Positions 14,023 through 26,760 of a stretch of 64,000 nt of DNA are shown one piece after another. The stretch's first letter is position 1, and every line of letters begins with the position of its first letter. Both the position numbers and the translations under genes were made by a program. Under the pieces are notes generated by a model. That model searched no databases. It had not been told where the DNA came from and saw nothing but the letters and a program-made list of their open reading frames with translations. The stretch lies in contig NC_083424.1 in NCBI RefSeq assembly GCF_020745735.1, positions 48,594,999-48,658,998 of the forward strand, given 5' to 3'. The DNA comes from Hemiscyllium ocellatum. Taxonomy: Eukaryota.

Positions 14023-15315
14023 TAGATTAGAGTGGTGCTGGAAAAGCACAGCAAGTCAGACAGCATCTGAGGAGCAGGAAAATCAACGTTTTGGGGAAAA
14101 GCCGTTCAGCTGGAATGAAGGCAAGAAGCCTCCAAGGTGGAGAGATGGGGGCAGGGGGGTAGTGCTGGAGCTGGGGAGAAAGTAGCAAAGAGTGCAATAG
14201 GTAAATTGTGGTGGGGATGGAGGTGATAGGTCAGGGAGAAGGGTGGGGGAAGGTAGCAAAGGGTACAATGGGTGGATGGAGGTGGGGATGAATGTGATAG
14301 GTTAGAGGGGAGGGTGCAACGGACAGGTGGGAAGGGAGTTTGGCAGGTAGGACAGATCATGAGGACAGTGCTGAGCTGGAAATTTGGAACTGGGTTAAGG
14401 TAGAGGGAGGGGAAATGAGGAAACTGATCCACATTGATGCCCTGTGGTTGAAGTATTCCGAGGTGGTAGATATGGCATTCTTCCTCCAGGTGTCAGGTGG
14501 TGAAAGAGTGGTGGCTGAGGTGGCCCAGGACTTGGCATATCCCTGGCAGAGTGGGAGGGGGTATTGAAATGTTAGCCCACAGGGAGCTGTGGTTGATTGG
14601 TACGGACGTCACGGAGATGTTCGCTAAAGCACTCTGTGAGGAGGCAACCAGTCTCCCCAATGTAGGGGAGATTGTGTCAGGAGAAACTGATACAATAAAT
14701 GACATTGGTGGATGTGCAGGCGAAATTTTGATGAATGTGGAAGGTTCCTTTGGGGCTTTGGCTGGAAGTGAGGGACGAGGTGTGGGCACAGTTTGCAATT
14801 CCTGCTGTGGCAGGGGAAAGAGCCAGGGCAGAAGGGTGGGTTGGTTGGGGCGCGTGAACCTAACCGGGTAGTTTTTTGCATAACGTGAAAAGGAGTGGGT
14901 GAGGGAAATATGCCTCTGGTGTTGGAGTCATTTGGAGGTGACGGAAATTTCAGCGGATGATGCAGTTTATGCAAAGATTGGTAAGGTGAAAGGTGAAAAC
15001 CAGGGGGTGCTGTCCTTGTTACAGTTGGAGAGGCGGGGTGTGAGGGCAGAGTTGGGGGATGCGGATGAGATGCCTTGGAGGACATCTTCAACCATGCGGT
15101 CTCTAAAGGAGGCCATCTGGTGTGTTCTGTGGTGGAACTGGTCCTCCTGTGAGCAGATGCGGCAGAGGCAGAGGAATTGGGAATACTGGATGGCATTTTT
15201 GCAGGACGTAAGGTGGGAAGAAGTGTAATCCAAGTAGCTGTGGGAGTCAGTGGGTTTGTAAAAAAAATGTCAGTGTCAAGTTGGTCATCATAAATGGAGA
15301 TGGAGTGGTCCAGGA
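14023..15315 (-). mobile_element. Penelope-like element: RT C-terminus, GIY-YIG endonuclease and pLTR, decayed
   Basis: Minus strand encodes LDYTSSH..SCKNAI.YSQFL.L.RICSQ and NFACTSTNVIYCISFS*HNLPYIGETG (VIY..YIG, with an internal stop). Confidence 0.9.
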
Positions 15316-16199
15316 TAGCGTCTTTCCCCACTGGTTACATCCCCTTTCACCTCACTGAAATTGACACTGACAATTCTTGCCTTTTGTCCTTTGCCATTTT
15401 TCATAAATAAACAAAACATGATAGTATGATTAATGATCCTTTAAAAGCCCCCATATTCCTCAGGATTAGATATTGCATGGCTCCTCTTCCTTTGAGTAAA
15501 AAGTGAGGTCTGCAGATGCTGGAGATGGTGTAATTGGCAAACACGTGGCAAGTGTAAATTGAGGGAAAAATGTCAACTGGGGTACTCTAGTAGCAAAAAG
15601 AAAGAAGGCCCATGGAGAAGCTGAGCTACCTGGTGGAGCATGTAGGCAACTCGTTGAAGGCAGAAGAGCAGTGGGGGAAAGTAATTATTAAACTACAAGG
15701 CATAGGTTTGGGGTGAGAAGGGAAAGATTTAAAAGGGACCTAATTGGCAATTTTGTCATGTAGAGTGTGGTGCGTGTACCAAAACAGCTGGCAGAGGAAA
15801 TGGTGGAGGCTGGGACAATTATACCATTTTAAGCACATCTGGATGGGTATTTGAATAGGAAGGGTTTCGAGGGATATTGTTCAAGTGTCGACAAAGGGGA
15901 TTAGATTCACTCAGGACATCTTTCCGACTTTGACCGAAGGGTCTGTTTCCATGCTGCACATCTCTATGACTGTAAAACAAAAATATTAATAACAAGGGCT
16001 CCATAGACAGATGCACAAAGTACAACGTAAAGGTGTCACAGCGAATTTTCAAAAAACAGAACTTCATGCTCAACTAGCATTGTGTCCAGTTCCGAGTACC
16101 ACGAATAGGGGTGATCTACATCTCAAACAAGTATGCTGTTTTGGAAAATGCAGGAGGGCGGGGGGGGGGGGGGGGGGGGGGGGCGGGGAGGTGATGGAC

Positions 16200-18420
16200 T
16201 CTCAGTGGAATGTAACACGAACAGCTAAGTTTCTGGTCCTGAGAATGGCTCTAATTTAATGAAGGATACGTCGGGTTCCAAGCAATCGATTATGGTAGGG
16301 GGTTGGCTAGTCAGAGGCACAGACAGATGTCTCTGCGGTCAGCTGTGAAAAATCAGAGTGTGTTACCTCGCGGTTGTCATGATCAAGGATATCTCAGAGA
16401 GGGTACAGAACGTTCTCAACCTGGACAGGGACCAGCAGGTGGTCGCTATACACATTGGAACTAACGACTTAGGAAGGGAAAAGAATGAGATTTTGAAGGG
16501 AGAACGTAGAAAGTTTGGCAGGAATTTAAAAAGGATGTCCTCGAGTGTAGTAATATCTGGATGACTCCTGGTTCTATGAGCAAGTGAGGGTAAGAATAGG
16601 ATGGTAGAGCAGACGAATTCATGGCTGAGGAAGTGGTGCAGGGAAGAAGGGTTCACATTTTTGGAACACTGGAATTTCTTCTGGACAGAAGTGACTTGAA
16701 GAAGAATGTATTGCATCCGAATTGCCAGGGGAGAAATGTATACTGGCAGGGAGAGTTGGTAGAGCTGCTCTGGAGAATGTAAACCAGTAAGTTGGGGGTA
16801 GGGTGGGGCAGGAAAATAGTGAGGAAAGACGTCAATTTCAGATTGGGACAGTTGGGAAAAGGAGTGAGTCAAACAGTCAGGGCAGGCAGCAACAAAGCAG
16901 AGAGCAAAGTATGACAGATTAATTAAACTGCATTTATTTCAATGAGAGAAGCCTAACCGGGGAGACAGATGAACTCAGGGAAAGGTTAAGAACATGGGAC
17001 TAGGATATCATAGCAATTACAGAGACGTGGCTCAGGGATGGACAGGGCTGGCAGCTAAATGTTCCAGAATACAAATGCTATAGCAATGATAGAAAGGGGG
17101 GCAAGAGAGGACGAGTGATAATATTTTTGTTAAGGGATAGAATTTCGGTGGAACTGAGAAATATGAAAGGAATAGTCGCATTATTTGGATTATATTATAG
17201 ACTCCACCCCCCCCCCTCCTCCCAGGAGTCAGCAAAACATTGAGAAACAAATTTGTAAGGAGATATCACTTACCAGTTCGAACAATAGGGTGGTTATGGT
17301 AGGCGATTTTAACTTTCCAGATATAGACTGGGACTGCCACAGTGTTTAGCGTTTAGATGGAGAACAATTTATTAAATGTGTACAAGAAAATGTTTTGATT
17401 CAGTATGTGGATGTACCTAGTAGAGAAACTACAAAACCTGACATACTCTTGGGAAATAAGGCAGGGCAGGTGACTGAGGTGTCCGATGTGGAGCACTTTG
17501 GGGCCAACGACCATATTTCTATTAGTTTTCAAATAACAATGGAAAAGCATGGACTGGATCAAAGAGTTGAAGTTCTAAATTGGAGGAACGCCAATTTTGG
17601 TGATATTGGGATCGAACTTTCAAACCTTGACTGGGAGCAGATGTTCAAAGGTATTAGGGATAAAATGGTAACTAGAAAGTGAATATGGTGGTTCAAAGCA
17701 AGACAGCCTTTGTGTGGACCCAAAAGAGATGAGGTTGTTACTAAACGAGTATTTTGCATCAGTGTTTACTACAGAAAAGATACAGAATGTGGGGCAACAG
17801 ATGATGATATCTTGAGAAATGTCCATTTTACGAGAAAGAGGTGTTGGATGTTTTAAAATGCATAAAAGTAGACAAATCTCCAGGACCTGATCAGGCATAC
17901 CCTAGAACTCTGTAGGAAGCTAGTGAAGTGATTGCTGGGTCCCCTGCTGAGATATTTGCTTCATCGATAGTCACAGGTGAGGTGCCAGAAAACTGGAAGT
18001 TGGCTAACATGGTGCCACTGTTTAAGAAAGGCAGTAAGGAAAAGCGTTCCTACTGAAATCGGTGGTGGGCAAGTTGTTGGAGGGAATCCTGAGGGACAGT
18101 GGTGGGCAAGATGTTGGAGGAAATCCTGAGGGGCAGGATTTACATGCATTTGGAAAGGCAAGGACTGATTAGGGATAGTCAATATGGCTTTGTGCATAGG
18201 AAATCATGTCTCACGAACTTGATCGAGTTTTTTGAATAGGTAACAAACATTGTTGACGGCCGAGTGGTGGACATGATCTGTTTGGATTTCAGTAAGGTGT
18301 TCCTCATGGTACACTGATTAACAAGTTAGGTCATATAGAATGCAGAGAGAACTAGCCATTTGAATGCAAAACTAGCTTGAGGGTCGAAGGCAGAGATTGG
18401 TGGTGGACGATTGCTTTTTA
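16200..18420 (+). mobile_element. Fragmented CR1 LINE with ORF1 SGNH-esterase-like remnant, endonuclease and RT remnants
   Basis: ORF 16358 VVAIHIGTNDLG; downstream YFNERS..ELR, DIIAITETW, GDFNF, QYVD.P.R, KSPGPD-like and F.SVF pieces. Confidence 0.8.
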
Positions 18421-21400
18421 GCATCAGACACCGAAAAACAAGGATTGGTCTCACCATCCTGAGCATGGCATTTCCTGTGAACATGCCACTATATCCAGCT
18501 AACTAAGTGAAGAGTGAGAATCGATGCAAATGAAGCGAAACAGCCTCATGCCTCACATCAAAAAGTTGCAGTTTTGCAGCACATAATTCATATGCACGAA
18601 TTTATAGGCAGTTCTGCATAAGTTAAAGCTTCATCAAAGAACCATTAGGCGATCTGTATGTACAGGCAGATAGCCACGATCATCCATTTACAAAGGCTGT
18701 GTGGATAATCAACAACCCTCAGGGTTCACATCAGAGGATGAGCCTAGGTTTTCAGGAGATATCAACAATATCAAACATGTCATATTGCTGACTTCTAAAA
18801 TGTATTTCATTTGTTATGTTAAGGGAAACAGGCAAATAACTATTCTAAATTTCAGAGGAAAGTTCAAGCAAGGAAGGGTCTGTAATTTTCCAAGACTGCC
18901 GATTCCCTAAATGTGGCAATTGATTGCTTGCATGTTGCTTTGCAAATTCTGATTAAAAAACAACCTCAACGATCTCAGCAGGTGGACCTTCCAATCTCAA
19001 AATGTTCGCATTTGAGATGCTCCACCATTTTCTTTGGCAAGGCGAATGCTGTGTAGTGATTTGATAAAAGTTTTCAAAATCACGAAGTGTCGTACAGAAC
19101 TAATAATGCGAAATACTTTCACTTGCAAAAATGTCGAAAACCACAGGGCACCATCTTAAAGAGTTTTGCAAAAGAAAGAAACGAGATGCAAAGAAACTAA
19201 AACCCATTCGCACAGCAAATAGTCATAGAGTCATAGACATCTACAGCACGGAAAAGGTCCTTCAGCCGATTGAGTCTCTACCTGTGAAATGATCCACCTG
19301 TTTTTATCTCATTTAGCAGCATATGGCCTGTAGCCTTATATGCCTTGGCATCACTAGTGTGCCATCTAAATACTTAAATGATACGAGGTTTTCGGTTTCT
19401 GACATCCTTACAGGCAGTGAGTTCCAGATTCCCACCGACCTCAGAATGAAACAAAATATTTTCTCAGATTTCCTCTAAACCTCCTGCCTCTTACCGTGTT
19501 TGAGATGTACTGTCTGCAATTTTTTGGAAACAGGCTTGACTGAAACATTCAAGGGGACATTGTTAATTTAAGTAGAAGGAAGGAGCAGGGAAAACGTGGT
19601 AAGGGAATGGCAAGCACTAAGTCAAAATGCCCAGACAACCAAAGGCGGAGACCATTGGTTGAATGGCTTCCTCCTACACCATTCCTATGCTGCAGTCTAT
19701 AGTATATGAAATATCATTCAGATAATTATTCATGATAATACACAACGTGGTGAAAATTGTTGCAATACTTCTTGAATTTTTGGAACAAGCCTCACACAAC
19801 TCATTTACTCTTTACATTTGGCATTCGGCATTTGAGTGACAAAGTCTGTTCTATGCATTCCTATTTTATTGTATCAAAACCAGCAATGCATCGTGGCGGT
19901 AATGCATTCTCTTTCAAGATGCACGACAGGAACTGTAAAAGGTTCCAACAATAGCAGCTCCCAAGTCACATATTGCTCACATTAGAACCAAAAAAAGGAA
20001 GGCATGAAGGAACAGCGTCATCTGCAAGTTTCGCTCCAAGTCGCAGTTGTGATTTTAGAGCTACACATGCAGGATAAAGGAAAATGTGATCGCCATTGTG
20101 CAATGCCCTAAGTTAGAATTTGCTCGAAAATCTGCAAACGTAGTTGACCAATAAGTTTACCAAGAGCCAGTCTAAGATGGCAGAGGGTTTTAGTGCCTAA
20201 TGCTATCTTGATTCTGCTGGTAAGGACAAATGAGTACCTTCTGGTAATTGTGGACAGACGTGTGTAAGTCAAAATCAGCAATCAGTGGCAGTGTTACACT
20301 CCCACTCCCCTTCAGCTGACAGTCCTATTCGACTTATATAAATTAATAGTTTTGATGATGATGCTCGCACAAACATTTGTATTTCTCAGCCAACTTGATT
20401 CTATGCTATTGAATGCTATCACTCAATGCTACCACTCCCAGTGTTTCTTTTGATCTTGAATGCGATCTCATTTTTCTGCCGGCTGCTTAATTTTTTGGAG
20501 CTGTCAATTAATTGAATCATGCATTGCCTTTTTCCCTGGGTTCCTCCATGTGATGCTGAGGCATAAAGACATTACTGTCGTTACAACGCTCTGTACTCTA
20601 ATTCCTAACTGAGCCAGCATCCTTCACTGTTTTCATTGGATTCACGTTGTTGATCACTCCTCTGCGTACACAACGATCGAGGAAACCTTTCTGGTCCAAT
20701 CACCAGGAATTTCCAGGAGTCACTGGATGTTCCAAGAAGCTGGACCATAAAGGATTAATGTAATCCTGTCGGTTACACACGATAATCGTGCAATTTATGA
20801 AAGAGCATTTAGGACCCAGAGAAATTCACGAACTACGTTACATAGTCTTGTTAGGACGTCAGGTCTTTGCTACAATTCCTGTGCACTTTCCCAATTTGAC
20901 AAGCAGACACTTAATTGTCAGTGTCAATACAATAAGCTAAAAAACCCAGCATTTTCTGGATTCCAAAGTACTATGCCCATTGTGCAGGGGCAATAGTGAC
21001 AGAATCTTAACGCCATTGATTTAACAATCCATCGGCTCAAGACAAGTTTCTGCCAACATAGTTTAAATCCCGACAACGTACCTTCTTGTGGAATTACAAC
21101 TCAATTGGTAAACTCTGGAACTGATAATATCATTGATAGTTGGCAACACATAGCTATTACAGTAATATCCTCCAGAGAAGGAAAACCTATCTGGTTTGGC
21201 CTACTCTTGAAACCAGATCTATGGAAATGTGGTGTGTTCTCAGCAACCGTATGAAATAGCTGAACAATCGATTAGAGATTGTTCTCTTCCCAATAAAGAA
21301 TAAGTAAATAAAATGTACAAAATTGTCATTAGGTTCACGATAGCCTTGAATGCCCGATCTTTCTGAAGTTCAGTCTATTAAACAGCTGGCTTACATCTCA

Positions 21401-22759
21401 AACGTCGGAGCATATCACCTTCTCCTCATCTATCAGCTGGTAGGCGCTGACGATCTCTAGCTGTAATATGGTATCCGGCCACTAGGTGGTAATATTGTAT
21501 CATATATGTTTTAAATTAGATTAAATTCCCTACAGTGCAGAAACAGGCCTTCGGCCCAACCAGTCCATACCGACCCTCCATGTTTGTCAAGGCTCTGTGA
21601 AAGATCTCTTTGAAAATCCTCCTGTAAAATACATACCATTTACAATGTCCAAACCATGAAAATAGCACATTTATATTAAGACTAGCTATAATTCTTTACT
21701 TAAACTCTTTGATGTTTCATGAATTGTCCACAGCTCCATTGCTTAAATTTGGTCCATAAAATCTCAAGGATACCTAAAACATGTGTTAGACCGCATGACA
21801 TTGAATCAATAAGTAACGATGAGACATTAGTACCACCTTGCGTGTTCAATAATTCATCATTACATTGTATCGGAAGTTGCAGAGTTTCGACGTCAAACGT
21901 CCAATATGATCGTATCATCTCTACGCTTGCTCGCTAATTTTTCCTCCTTCATTAATAAGCGCAATAATACACTTCAACGGGAGCCAACTGGTGTATTTTG
22001 ATATTAAACGTTGCCCCATATTGCTAACTCCATCCACAGGTACCAGTTAATGTTTTAAAGAGTGCACATTTGGCAATTACACATTTATAATGGAAGCGTT
22101 GACCAGTCTTCACTGCCACCGTGCTAAATGGGATGGATTTTAAATACTTTCAGTATCCCAAGACTGAGCAGTCGTGAGACATTATGTCCTTTCGTCAGCA
22201 GCAAAATTGTATTCAACAAAAATCTTTAACTTCTGGTCCACCATATCCCTTACTCAGCCATTACCATCAATTCTGTTTCAATGCAGAACGTGGAAGACCA
22301 AACCCAGAGCAGCACCATACATATTTAAAATCAAAACATCAGCTTGGTGAAGTTACAACACAGAATTACTTGCATACCAACTAACTGAAACGGCATGTGA
22401 TGAACCAACAATGGATCAGATGCAAATTATGCTGTCCTGCCACAATCAGTTGTGAATGGTAGTGGACTGCAAAACAATTCAGTGGACGGAAAGGCTGATC
22501 AACTACTCCCAATGTTCTGGATGTAAGGTTCATTGCTGCGTTGGAAGGTTAGCTTTCAGACCTTTCGCCACCATACTGGATAACATCATCAGTGAACACC
22601 CCCCCCCCCACCTCACCTCCCCCTCCCCCCTTCCCTCCCAGTGAAACGCTGGTTTTACGTCCCGCTTTCTTTTTATGTGTTTAGGTTTGCTTGGATTGGT
22701 GATATCATTTCCTCTGTTGAAATCAAACCTTCCAGCTCAGTGAGCAAACTTACATCCAG

Positions 22760-24800
22760 AAACTCAACCTGAGCTACAAATCTACTTAGAACTCACTAAT
22801 TTCCAATCTTACTGTTAAAAGACCCCATGCATCAGTGTAACAGAGAAGGCTGAAGCATTTGCAACAATCTTCAGTCAAAAGTGCCATGTTGGCAATCCAA
22901 CTTGACCTCCTTCAAAGGTTCCCAGCATCACAGATCCCAGTCTTCAGCCTCTTCAATTCACCCTATGTGATTTTAAGAAACGATTGTTGTCACTAGATAC
23001 TGAAAAGGCTATTGACACTGTCAACATTCCTGTGATAATACAGCAGAGGTGTGCTCCAGAGCTGGCTGTACACCGACGCAAGCAATTCCCGAGCAGTTGC
23101 AGCTCTGGCATCCAGTTAATAACGTGGAACATCACCTGATCCACAGGGATAAGTGCAGAACGAATCCAACACAATCAAAGCCCAAGCAATTTACTCTCAG
23201 TCATCAGAAAAGTGATGGAAAGGGTCATCAACAGGATTAGCAAAGGATACCTGATTCGCATTAAGCTGCATATTGACACTTGGTTTCTGTCAGATACTTT
23301 CAGCGCAATGTTGTGCCAGGAGGTCTGGGTTCAAGTTCAGTTTGCTCCAGACCTGTATAATAACATTTAAGGAGAGAGTAATTAGAATGCATTAAAAAAA
23401 TCAGTTTCAGTTCGAACACGTGGACACTGATCTTATTGCAACCGAGTCATAAACATGACCAGAAAACCTGAACTCGAGAGGGGGGAGTGAGAGTAAGTAT
23501 CTCTGATATCGAGACAGCGTTTGGTCCATTCCTCCAATAAATCTAGAAATGGGCAGAAAACTCTCAGTCATTTTAGATCATATCTAACACAAAGACCAAC
23601 GGTTGTGCTGCTGGGCGATCAATAGTCTCACTCCAGACATCTTTAGATTACTTACAGTGTGGAAACAGGCCCTTTGGCCCAACAAGTCCACACCGACCCG
23701 CCGAAGCGCAACCCACCCATACCCCTACATATACCCCTTACCTAACACTACGGGCAATTTAGCATGGCCAATTCACCTAACCCGCACATCTTTGGACTGT
23801 GGGAGGAAACCGGAGCACCCGGAGGAAACCCACGCAGACACGGGGAGAACGTGCAAACTCCACACAGTCAGTCGCCTGAGGCGGGAATTGAACCCAGGTC
23901 CCTGGCGCTGTGAGACAGCAGTGCTAACCACTGTGCTACCGTGCCGCCCTATCTCTGAGGAGTTCCTCAGGATTTCCTCCAAGTCCTGCTGTAGGCCCAA
24001 ACATTTCCCATTGCTTCATTAATGACCTTACCTCTAGCATGAAGCTATAAATGTGGATGTTCAATGATAATTTCACAATGTTCAACACCCAACTCATAAC
24101 GTCTCAAATACTGATACGTGTCCATGTCTACCAAGATCCAACCAAATGATAATTGGCAAGAGACATTCACAGAGCAGCAATGCCAGGAAGTGACATTTCC
24201 CACTTATTCAACAGTCTGTTGAATGCCGTTAACCTTAAACTGAACTGGACAGACTGTGGCTATAAGAGTAACTCAGAACCTCGGAAATTTGCAGCTATTA
24301 ACTCATCTCCTAACTCCCAAAATCTGCCAACCATTCACAAAGCACGAGGCAGGCATTTATGGAATGCTCTCGATTTGCGTGGATAAGTGAAGGCTCAATA
24401 ACGCTCAAGAAGCTCCATGCCATCCAGGAAAAGCGACCTGTTTGACTGGCAATTCAGTCAGCATCTCCAACTTGCACACATCTAACCACAGATGATCAGG
24501 GACAGCATTGTCCATCATCTACCAGATGCACTGCAGTGACCCATCAAGGCTCCGTCGTCAGCACCTTGCAGAACAGATATCTCAATCACTTAGAAGACCG
24601 AGAAGATTAAGGCCAGCATATGTATCGGAATATCACCACCTGCAAGATTTTCTCTATGTCAAACCAATCCTAAATTGGAATGACCGATCGCTGTATCAAA
24701 GTCCTGATCTCCCTTCCCAATAACACTGTGAGTGTACCTACATCCCCAGCTCCCTTTTATCCAACTCCTACAACCACATAAAGAACATGGTTTGAAGGAG
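22760..24800 (+). mobile_element. L2-type LINE RT remnants interrupted by a SINE and pLTR fragments
   Basis: Decayed AEAFA..FSQK, KA..DNIP and GVPQ-like motifs; same family as the minus-strand remnants at 32560-34078 and 39400-40750. Confidence 0.55.
23643..23948 (-). mobile_element. Full-length tRNA-derived SINE (HE1/V-SINE-like shark SINE)
   Basis: Minus strand has an A box (TAGCACAGTGG), a B box (GGTTCAATTCC), a central domain and a GTAAGTAATCTAA tail; possible 4-bp TSD ATCT. Confidence 0.88.
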
Positions 24801-26066
24801 ATGACTCACCAACCCCTCGGCTAACGTGTGCACTGCAGATGCTGGATATTAGAGTCAAGAGTATGGTGTTGGAAAAGCACAAGTCAGGCAGCATCCGAGG
24901 AGCAGGAAAATCGACGTTTCAGGCCTTTAATCACCATCACCTTGTCAAGAGAAATTGGGGACATGCGATATTGCTTGGCTTATTTATTAGTTCATATCTC
25001 CCAACGAAAGTGTGTATATGTTTGTTTTCTATATGTATGTGTTTGTGAGTATACACACTTAATAAAGATTTGTTAAGTACACATGAAGAACTGCAGAAAT
25101 GCAAAACATTTATCCCTGTTCAGCAAAAAAAATGTGTCTGACATCTACAGGCTAAACAGCTAAACGTCAGCAGTTGGAAAACATTTGGTAACACCAGTTT
25201 GGCATAGCATTCCTAGGCACGCGGCAAAATCGGGATTTATGGGTGAAAACCAACAAGGACTTATTAAAGCGAAATTGTGTTGAACAAGCTTGATTTAGTG
25301 AAACGCTAAAGAAAGTTTCTGAATAGTGAGCATTTGATGATTGTGACTGGAGTTGTAAACACACCGTTTCACAGAGTACTGTATAATAAACATGTTAGCT
25401 AAAATGAACTGAATTCGCTTCCAGTTCAATATTTAGCTAAACGACAGAAATCAGCGAACCATGGTAAGTGGTTTTTCTCAGGCTGGCGTCAGCATGTGCT
25501 GCTCTAATTCCAGAAATGAATGATGAAGTAATTCTTCTCCTATCCTAATGGACCGTTGGCGTGGATATGCAGGCATTTTTTAAGAAAAACTTAGTTACAG
25601 ACGACAATAACTCAGAATTACCGAAAATCTTGAGGAAAGTTATCACATTTTTCCACAAGACAGAAAAACGACTAGGCACATGGCAAACGAAATTTAACAA
25701 CGTGAGGTAAGAATTAATTCTGATAGAAATTATGAAAACAAAATGAATGCAAATGTAACTGAACTATTTCCATCCATCCATCCTTGAGGACAATCAGTCC
25801 TGAACCAACTTCGCCTTCCTGCATATGTATAAATAAAACCTATTTAAGTAACTTGTTCTTCACCTGGACCTCATTGCTAATTTCCCAGTTAACACTTCTT
25901 TTGCTTTCCTTTATGTTCTTCGGGCTTCTACAAGCATAACACCATCTAATCTTCATTCCTAACTGTGCCCCATCTTTTGCTTATCTCGATTCAATCATTC
26001 TTGCGCAATAATCTATGACTTTGACAAATTGTTTCTCTTTTCTAAAAATAAGACCGCAATGCGCTT

Positions 26067-26074
26067 ATGCAAAT
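26067..26074 (+). promoter_or_regulatory. Octamer ATGCAAAT (distal) in the Ig light-chain promoter
   Basis: Perfect octamer about 160 bp upstream of the leader ATG. Confidence 0.8.
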
Positions 26075-26106
26075 CCTATCTGAGGCTTGGTCCTGCTGGC
26101 CGATAT

Positions 26107-26139
26107 CACGTGGTTGTAGATTTGCATGAATAATTAAAA
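26107..26139 (+). promoter_or_regulatory. E-box CACGTG (26107-26112), octamer ATTTGCAT (26120-26127) and AT-rich TATA-like TAATTAAAA
   Basis: Perfect light-chain-orientation octamer 103 bp upstream of the ATG, the usual position for an IgL promoter. Confidence 0.85.
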
Positions 26140-26230
26140 TTCTGCAATTTTCCTCGTTTGCAGGTACTTAATGGAGGGATTGGAAAGATCCCAGCAACAC
26201 GTTCTTGCCCCAAGCAGTAGAACCTTCACC

Positions 26231-26279
26231 ATGACTGAATGGGTTGGATTTCTCGCCGCACTGATATTCTGTCTCCACA
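26231..26279 (+). CDS. IGL: Ig light chain leader exon (MTEWVGFLAALIFCLH plus phase-1 A)
   Basis: cacc-ATG context, hydrophobic signal peptide and GTAAGT donor at 26280; splices in frame to AG|GT at 26419. Confidence 0.93.
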
Positions 26280-26418
26280 GTAAGTAAACATGCTAATTGT
26301 CTTATGGTTATTTTTTACGTTGCTTTTTTTGTGTTGTCACGCTTGAGTTTAACGGCCGTAAACGAAAAACAATTGTAATTGCAACAAGTGATTGATCTCT
26401 GACTTGCTGCTTCACCAG

Positions 26419-26760
26419 GTACGTACGGGGATCCTACACTGACTCAACCAGGATCCATCTCAACATCCCCGGGGGAAACTGTGAAGATCACCTGTACCAT
26501 GTCCGGTGGAAGTATCGGCAGCTACCGTACCAGCTGGTACTGGCAGAAACCCGGCAGTGCCCCGGTGTTAGTTTGGGACGAATATGGCGATACGGCTTCG
26601 GGAATCCCAGACCGATTTACCGGGTCTGTGGACTCATCGAATAACAAGATGCATTTAACCATCACCAACGTGCAATCGGAGGATGCCGCCGATTATTATT
26701 GCGCGGTAGCAAGTAGTGGAATAATGACTTTCGGGAAAGGAACCAAACTGAACCTGGGCT
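26419..26760 (+). CDS. IGL: Germline-joined VJ exon of a type II (lambda-like) shark light chain
   Basis: STYG|DPTLTQPGSISTSPGETVKITC..SWYWQKPG..SGIPDRF..EDAADYYC-AVASSGIMT-FGKGTKLNLG. Both Cys, the Trp and FGxG are present; no RSS or intervening DNA between V and J; GTAAGT donor at 26761. Confidence 0.97.

Larger units (their letters stand above)
1..16001. repeat. Segmental duplication, copy A (left end runs off the window)
   Basis: Colinear match: 1-2527 aligns to 39654-42144 and 2525-16001 aligns to 50241-64000. Two hand-aligned 60-mers at the start gave 9 mismatches in 120 nt. The ORF track shows paired ORFs (11029/58793, 13537/61561, 7723/55490). Confidence 0.97.

Noticed and set aside
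16160-16183. 24-nt poly-G run (also C-rich tracts near 17205, 22600 and 27258)
   Set aside because: Simple homopolymers within repeats, error-prone in sequencing, with no supporting context for function.
18062-18135. 37-bp tandem duplication
   Set aside because: Ordinary slippage duplication inside a dead CR1.
23880-23948. tRNA gene
   Set aside because: The A and B boxes are the head of a SINE; there is no complete cloverleaf and it continues into the SINE body.
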